Assembly (NCBI RefSeq): GCF_009914755.1
Contig: NC_060934.1
Strand: one strand, 5' to 3'
DNA: 64,000 nt
Source: the human T2T-CHM13v2.0 reference genome, Homo sapiens
The notes beneath the pieces were generated by a model that was given only the letters and a program-made list of their open reading frames with translations, did not search any database and was not told where the DNA came from. Both the position numbers and the translations under genes were made by a program. Shown one piece after another: positions 58,101-64,000 of this stretch. Position 1 is the first letter of the stretch. The number at the start of each line of letters is the position of its first letter.

Positions 58101-61100
58101 GGTGTTTCTTCTTCACCACCTGGAAGGTGGCAGGTGACCTCAGCATGGCGCTGCCGGGGGACAGCAGGAGCTGGGGCCGCCGGGCAGAGGAACAGAGGGG
58201 CAGGGAGGACCTCGGGACTTAGCTTCTGGCCACAGCGGGCTGATCCAGGTCCATGGCTGCGTCTGGGAGGTCCAGACATGTGCACGGCCTATGCTCAGGC
58301 TCCTCAGTCATCAAAGGGAAGGCACCATCTGCCCCAGAGGGCTGTGAGGGCTGGCAAAGCCTCACACAGGCAAGAAAAATGGTGCTGGGCACAAGGGGAG
58401 CACTCCACGGATGGGGTGTCTGTTGTCATTGAAGGAATCGCTGTATGTCGGGGTTGGGGGACCACCAAGGCCCTGACAATGCAACAGGGACTTTGTGCAT
58501 TCACTCTTAAAGTTCCATCATCTAACTCCTGGGGCAAGATCAGGGTCTCACTGGGTGTGGGCATGGCAGCCACCCCACCATGTCTGCCATGGGCACTTAC
58601 CCGGCACACCTCAGTGGCCACCAGCATGCTCAGGCAGTTGAACCAGTTGTCATAGGCCTCCAGGCTGTAGGTCTTGGTCAGGTCCCCTCGGCACTGGAAA
58701 GGACACAGCAGGTCATAGGGGGCCTGGAGGACCATGGCTGGACAACTTAGTCCCCACAGCTGGCCCTGGTCCCCAGCTATGGCTCAGCCTGCACCGCAGC
58801 AGCCTCAATCATGCCTGCGTGCTCCTTGCTGCCCAGTGCAGGGCTGGCAGGCCAGGCTGGCTCCCTGGCCCAAATCTGTGACCTCTCCCAGCATTCATCA
58901 TCCATGACCAGCACAGCCATCTTGGAGCAGGTGCTGCCTCTTGAAGCAGGTGCTAGGAGGTCCAGTGCCACATCCATCGGGGCTCATGGCCCAGCACTCC
59001 GGAGACGCTCGGGGCGTGCTGAGTGAGGCCCACACCCACCCTGCATGGAGCGCAAGTGCTGGGCAGACAGGGCTGGCAGGGGTGCCACAGGCCTTGGCCC
59101 ACTTACCCTGTGGTTGTCCAAGGAGTCCATGTGGCTGACGATCTGCATCAAGTCCTCAGGGTAAATGCTGCTGACCCTGTCCTGGGGTGGAAGATAGCAA
59201 AGGGAAGGTGACAAGCTTCCCCTGGAGAAGGGACAGCACTGCATAGGCATGCGGACAGGGAGAGGAGGAGCTGCCCAGGGCACAGGACCTTCACCTCCTC
59301 CCAGGCCAGTCCTCCATCCTAGGGCCACTGCAGTCCCCACTGCAGGACGACACTGCTCCAGCTCCTCCCACTGACACAGCACTGCTGTGTTCCTGAGGAC
59401 GTGAGTGCCAGGCACAGAGGTGCCCGCCACTCAGACGGACACACATCTGGCATGAAGTGTGGCAGTCAGGGCTGGCAAGCGCACTTCCCTGATGGCTCAG
59501 TGTGACTAGCAGGGGCCTGAAGTGCTGTGCTGAAAGAGGCACTGTGGTCCCACAGCCCCCACCCCCAGTCAGGGCATAAGGCAGCACTGACCAGCTCAAT
59601 GTGAGTCAGCTGCTGGGCCAGCACCAGGGGGTCGCAGCACACGCCCAGGATGTCCTTCTGGGCGGCTGGTGGCTTGGTCTTGAGGATGGGCCCCTTGTCT
59701 ACAGCCGGTGGCCGGAGCTTCTCTCGCAGTTCCTGGAGCTGGCTCCGGGCAGCCAAGGACAGCAACAGGCTCTGTGTCATCTGGGCAATGGCCTTCTTCA
59801 CTGTGCCATTCTCCTGTGGGGTCAAGGGCAATAAGGGTGCCAGCATGGGCTGGCAGCAAGGCCACCACCACTGTGGGTAGGATCCATCTCACCTCCAGGG
59901 ATGTGCCTAACCAACGTGAGCCCACAGCCCCTATCTAAACCGCAGCCTTCAGGCCTTCAAGGACAAAGTGGGGCACAGCATGGGCTCCTCTGAGGACTGC
60001 TGAGGAGGGGTCTCAGTGGGCTGTCCTGCTGCAGGACGAGGCTAAGGGCAGAGACAGGCTCAAGACTGAGCTTCTGGGTCTGAAAAGCATGGCTTTTTCA
60101 GAGGCGGCCCACTGAGCTGCTTCCTGAAGCAGGAGCAGCCCATAGAACAGTTTAAGGCATGGGAAAGGCTTCTGCCAAAGCCAGGAGTCTCTGCCCCCTA
60201 GTTGGGAGCAGCCTGGGGTCCCTGGCTCCTCCTGGAGTACTCGGGGTGAACAGGAGCTGCTAAGCACAGGGAATGCTTCCACTGTGGAGGCCCAGTTGGC
60301 CCAGGCATCTCCAGTTCTCTCTCCACCAAAGGCAAAGGTGAAGACATTTGAAAAATGGGAGACCGGTTTAAAGCCTTACCCCCACCTCCTCTCACTAATC
60401 CAAGACAGGCAGAGCCTTACAAACTCTCAATAGGCTCCCACTCCAGGGACAAGGACAGCAAGGGCCAGGAGAGGGTTGAGACAATGATTGCCAGGCCCGC
60501 AACCGGGCTGCAAGGTCCCTGCTTGCAGTATCATGGGTGACCCTGGCCCACTGCTGGCCAGCTGAGCTGTCATCTGGGGGAAGGGAGGTTGAATGGGGCC
60601 AGCCAGCAACCCTCCTGGGGGAGTAACATGGAAGGGGACCACATACAGAGTTGTCCCCGAAGCCCCCACCCTCCCGAGGGCAGACCCTGGCACACACCCA
60701 AAGACCCTGGCCAGAGCCCAGGGAGCACTCACCTCATCACACTGGGTGACACGGTGTGTGATGGCTTTCAGCTCGGCCATGGCCTTCTCATCCTGGAAGT
60801 CATAGGGGAAGGCCTCGGTCCACTCCTTCAGGAGCTGCACGATCTTGGCTGAGAAAGACTTCAGCTTGGCCTGGGGCAGCAGGGGATACAGAGTAAGGCC
60901 CCACAGGGCAGAGTAGGGTACTAGATGGCAAATGGTGCAAGCTTCCCACATCCCCAAGCCACACCCCAGGCCCTGTGCTGGGCACAGCCCCCAACTGCGT
61001 GCCACCTGCGGTTTGGCCAAACCTGAACCGCCACATGACTCCTGTTTGGTTCCTTCTTCCTTCCCCTTAAGTTGACTTTCTTTTTCACTTAAATAAACTT

Positions 61101-62345
61101 ATATTAAAAAAACCCACCCCATCTCTAAGGTGACAAAAAACTAATTCCATTTGCTATAATTAGAAGTTACCCATAAAAGCAATACAGTAAAATAACCCAA
61201 GCCAAGCCATCCAGTTAGAGGAGAGCTCCCGTCTGCCCCCTGTGGTTGAAAGGGCGACAGCGCTGAAAGGGGTGTGACCCCGAGGGGAGGCGACGCGCTC
61301 CCGCGCCCTAGTCCACAGGCATGCACGACCCCACCCAGCACAGGGCCTAGGGCATGGGGACTGGCCCTCTTGGCTGAAACGACTCCGACCCTCTCGGAAG
61401 ATGCCCGCGCGGCCTCTGCCCCCGGGGAGAGGGGACTGTGCCCGATGCTCAGGCGCCGCGCCCCCATCCTCCAATCCCCCAGAACGCACCACAGGCCAAG
61501 CCCCTCCTGCGCCAGCCAAGACTCCGCGCCAGCCCACACCAGCCCCACTCAGACCGCTGGACCCCGCCCCCGGCCCCCGCACCACCCAGCCCGCAACTCT
61601 GCAGCTTTCTTCGCCCACGCCGCACAGCCTCCAAACCAGCGGATTCCGCCCACGTTGCCAGCCTAGGCCCCCCACCACCCGCTCCCACCACGCCCCTAAC
61701 CCGGACCCAACCCACAGCTCCAGCCCAGACCTCACCCCAGCCTGGTGTGGCGTCACGCCCCAACTCAGACCCGCCCCACAGCCCCAGCCAGGCCACGCCC
61801 CAACCCTAGCCCTGACCCCGCCCCCAGGCCCCACCAGCCCAGCCAGGCCATGCCTAACCCTAGCACTGACCCTGCCCCGAGACCCCACAGCCCCAGCCAG
61901 GCCACGCCCCAACCCTAGCCATGACCCCGCCCCCTGGTCCCACCCTGGACCCCACCCTGCAGCCCCAGCTAGGCCACGCCCAACCCTAGCCTTGACCCCG
62001 ACCCTGCCCCAGCCAGGCCACGCCTCAACCCTAGCCCTGACCCCACCCCCTGGCCCCACCCTGGACCCCATCCCACAGTCCCAGCCAGGCCAAGCCCCAA
62101 CTCTAGCCCTGACCCCATCCCCCAGCTCTACCGTGAACCCCGCCCCATGCCTCCAGCCCCTAGCCTTGACCTCGCCTCCTGCCCCCTGCCCCCGCCCGTG
62201 CCCCAGCCAGGCCCCGCCTCACCTTTTCAGGCCCGGCTTCCAGCTGCTGCTTCTGCTCCACGCAGATCTGCCCCACGCGGGCCAGCAGGTCATGAGGGGG
62301 CATAAAGACCCGGGAGCTCAGGAGAAAGGTGAAGATGTACGTCCT
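55169..62345 (-). CDS. RASGEF1A: RasGEF domain family member 1A, 5'-partial spliced CDS (11 exons, 415 aa plus stop; N-terminal exons lie beyond the window)
   Basis: Eleven GT-AG exons join in frame (1248 nt): REM region followed by a CDC25 domain (FNIGNFNSMMAIISG, SPVARLKKTW, MDPSSNFCNYR, GHINFKKF), ending TTLLNRA*. Confidence 0.97.
55401..55473 (-). CDS. RASGEF1A: Exon ALFVASFESE...SWKTLR
   Basis: 73 nt; CAG|GTAGGA donor. Confidence 0.93.
55901..56024 (-). CDS. RASGEF1A: Exon KFWEISRQ...PIYSEE
   Basis: 124 nt; AAG|GTGAGG donor. Confidence 0.94.
56929..57120 (-). CDS. RASGEF1A: Exon HHMDPSSNF...GHINFK
   Basis: 192 nt; AAG|GTGAGC donor. Confidence 0.95.
57858..57937 (-). CDS. RASGEF1A: Exon SGMNLSPVARLKKTW...FDVLE
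   Basis: 80 nt; restores frame with the preceding 103-nt exon; GAG|GTAGGC donor. Confidence 0.94.
58017..58119 (-). CDS. RASGEF1A: Exon VVKKKHRTRM...NSMMAII
   Basis: 103 nt; TCT|GTGAGT donor. Confidence 0.94.
58601..58693 (-). CDS. RASGEF1A: Exon CRGDLTKT...ATEVCR
   Basis: 93 nt; CGG|GTAAGT donor. Confidence 0.94.
59107..59181 (-). CDS. RASGEF1A: Exon DRVSSIYPED...LDNHR
   Basis: 75 nt; AGG|GTAAGT donor. Confidence 0.94.
59592..59813 (-). CDS. RASGEF1A: Exon ENGTVKK...QLTHIEL
   Basis: 222 nt; CTG|GTCAGT donor. Confidence 0.95.
60733..60870 (-). CDS. RASGEF1A: Exon AKLKSFSAK...VTQCDE
   Basis: 138 nt; GAG|GTGAGT donor. Confidence 0.95.
61685..62215. repeat. Degenerate C-rich minisatellite, core CCCAGCCAGGCCACGCCCCAACCCTAGCCCTGACCCC
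   Basis: Cores at ~61783, 61838, 61892, 61964, 62008 and 62080 (spacing 44-72 bp). Confidence 0.9.
62223..62345 (-). CDS. RASGEF1A: Exon RTYIFTFLL...EAGPEK
   Basis: ccttcag acceptor, AAG|GTGAGG donor; 123 nt, phase 0-0. Confidence 0.95.
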
Positions 62346-62814
62346 CTGAAGGCAGGAGACGGAGAGAGGGCGGAGGGAGGGTGAGGCAGGCCCCCGGGGG
62401 CTCACCGCGCTGCTTCACCTGGCCCGGCTGCCTCCCAGGCCCAGCACCGCCGGTCCCGAGGCCATGCCTTCACCTGCCCGGTTCCCTTCGCCTTGCAGGC
62501 CCTTCCTCCTCTTACTGCTACCCCGGCCCTGCCTACCTAGGAGGCACGGCTCGAGCCCCGCCTCCCAGCAGCTCTCCCAGGCCTCCTAGCAGTCTTCCTC
62601 CGCTGGGATTCTCCCCCTCTCTGCCCCACGCCACCATAGGGCTAACCCCAGCCTGGGACGTTGGTAGGGCTCCATGGTGCTCGCTGCGCCAGGATGCAAG
62701 CCAGCTGCTGTTTCAGATCCTCGTGGGCCGAGCTGGAGGTCAGCGGTGGGGAGGGTGGGGGATGCAGGGAGGTTGGCACAGGAGCGGGGCCTGTCGGGAG
62801 CAGGGCTGATCCAT

Positions 62815-62888
62815 GGGGCGGGGCCTCATCAGCAGGGGCGGGGCCCCATCAGCAGGGGCGGGGCCCCATCAGCAGGGGCGGGGCCTCA
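62815..62888. repeat. 20-bp tandem repeat GGGGCGGGGCCYCATCAGCA x3.7 (four Sp1 GC boxes)
   Basis: Units at 62815, 62835, 62855 and 62875. Confidence 0.95.
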
Positions 62889-64000
62889 GGGGCAATGCTG
62901 GTGGGGGCCCCTGCACTCTCTGACCAGCTCTGGGCCTAGACCCTGACTGCCAGAGCAGGGCCCCTCCATACCACATCCACGTGCCTTCCATCGAGATCCT
63001 CGTGGGCTGGGTTCTTGGGCCTTTTGTCTAATGAGGGTCAATGTCTGTGGGAACTTCACTCTAGCTCCTGCTTGTGGACAGGGTAGACTTGCAGGTTGAG
63101 GAGACTGCCTAGGGCTTCCTAGAGGGACTCTGCCCCACGTGGCTGCTGCAGGCTGGGCTGCCCAGAAGCCTCTGCCTCCACTCCCAGCCCATATAACCCG
63201 GTTTTTCTTGCCCCAGCCAGAAGCAAGCCAGGTTGTGCTTGCTGGGAGTACAGGCCTCCTGGAGCAGGACTCAGGGGCCTGGGCTGACACTGCCCACCGC
63301 AGCCCTCCCTGGAGCATCAGGGACTCCTCTAACATCCTGCAAACTTCCCACACCCTGCCCCAGGCTATGCAGCATGGCGAATTGAGGGGTCAGAACCAGC
63401 ACATCTCTCAGGGTCCCCCTTCTAAGGAGACAACTAAGACGTGGAGGAAAGGCCCACCATGGAGCTCTTGGCCAAGGGCAGGGCACCCAAGGGGAGAGCC
63501 TGTGCATCTCCAAGGAGGAGCATGGAGACCATGTGTGCATGTTTGTGTGCATGTGTGAGTGTGTTCAGCTACCGGTGCACATGGGGAAGGGTGGGGTGGC
63601 GGGGGAGGGGTAGGTGCTCGGCAGAGGAGCCAATGCCCAACTGGAGTCTCGTGGGAAGCTGGTCAGATCTCAGGGCACAGGGACCACACTGGGTGACCGC
63701 CAAGGTGGCTCCTCTGGGGTAGGCCTCTGAGAAGGGTGGCTTCTCCAGCTGTGGCATGAGGCCTCTGCCCCACAGACGGCCCTGCCCTGGACTACCTCAG
63801 GGCCTTGGGCCCCTCCCCTGGCTCTGCCCTGTGGGCACTCACCAGCCTGTCTGCACTGCCATCTCCAGCCCCAGCCAAACCCTGACAGGGCTTACGGGAC
63901 AGACAGAAGGACAGATGGAGGAGGAGGAGGAGTGGGCAACAGAAAGGCAAGGCCCCCTCACCCAAAGCCCAGGAAGGCAGTGGAGGTCTGGCAGGTGGTG

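Larger units (their letters stand above)
61230..62900. promoter_or_regulatory. Intragenic GC/CpG-rich island around a RASGEF1A exon
   Basis: Very high GC and frequent CpG, with GC boxes and GGGCGTGG boxes; boundaries judged by eye. Confidence 0.65.

Noticed and set aside
59811-59816. NAGNAG (CAG GAG) at a RASGEF1A acceptor
   Set aside because: Distal GAG acceptors are rarely used.
61252-61269. REST/RE1-like GGCGACAGCGCTGAA
   Set aside because: The two half-site look-alikes overlap in opposite orientation; not a canonical RE1.
61160-62384. Long ORFs of 303 aa (-) and 327 aa (+)
   Set aside because: Gly- or Pro-rich translations of the GC-rich minisatellite with non-ATG or weak starts; stop codons are rare for compositional reasons.

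Overview
Human DNA: it contains a consensus AluYa5 and matches the RET-adjacent CSGALNACT2/RASGEF1A locus at 10q11.21. The AT-rich, repeat-dense left ~50 kb holds CSGALNACT2 (+). All 7 coding exons are present (ATG 12650, stop 42466; 1629 nt, 542 aa), with a 3' UTR to ~44225; the non-coding first exon lies upstream of the window. The GC-rich right ~13 kb holds the last 11 coding exons of RASGEF1A (-; 415 codons plus stop, 55169-62345) and its 3' UTR to ~53460. The two genes are convergent. I found no evidence of a new gene or enzyme system, and most ORF-track entries are Alu/L1 or low-complexity artefacts. The best leads are regulatory and inferential. CSGALNACT2 shows three possible post-transcriptional switches: five uORFs, a UGUA-rich candidate intronic poly(A) site, and an exon that regenerates a strong 5' splice site. 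The RASGEF1A intragenic CpG island carries a degenerate repeat built from telomere-variant hexamers and a 20-bp phased GC-box array. There is also a pristine AluYa5 and several readable rearrangement scars. Repeat subfamily names and reference comparisons are from memory and need RepeatMasker or alignment confirmation.
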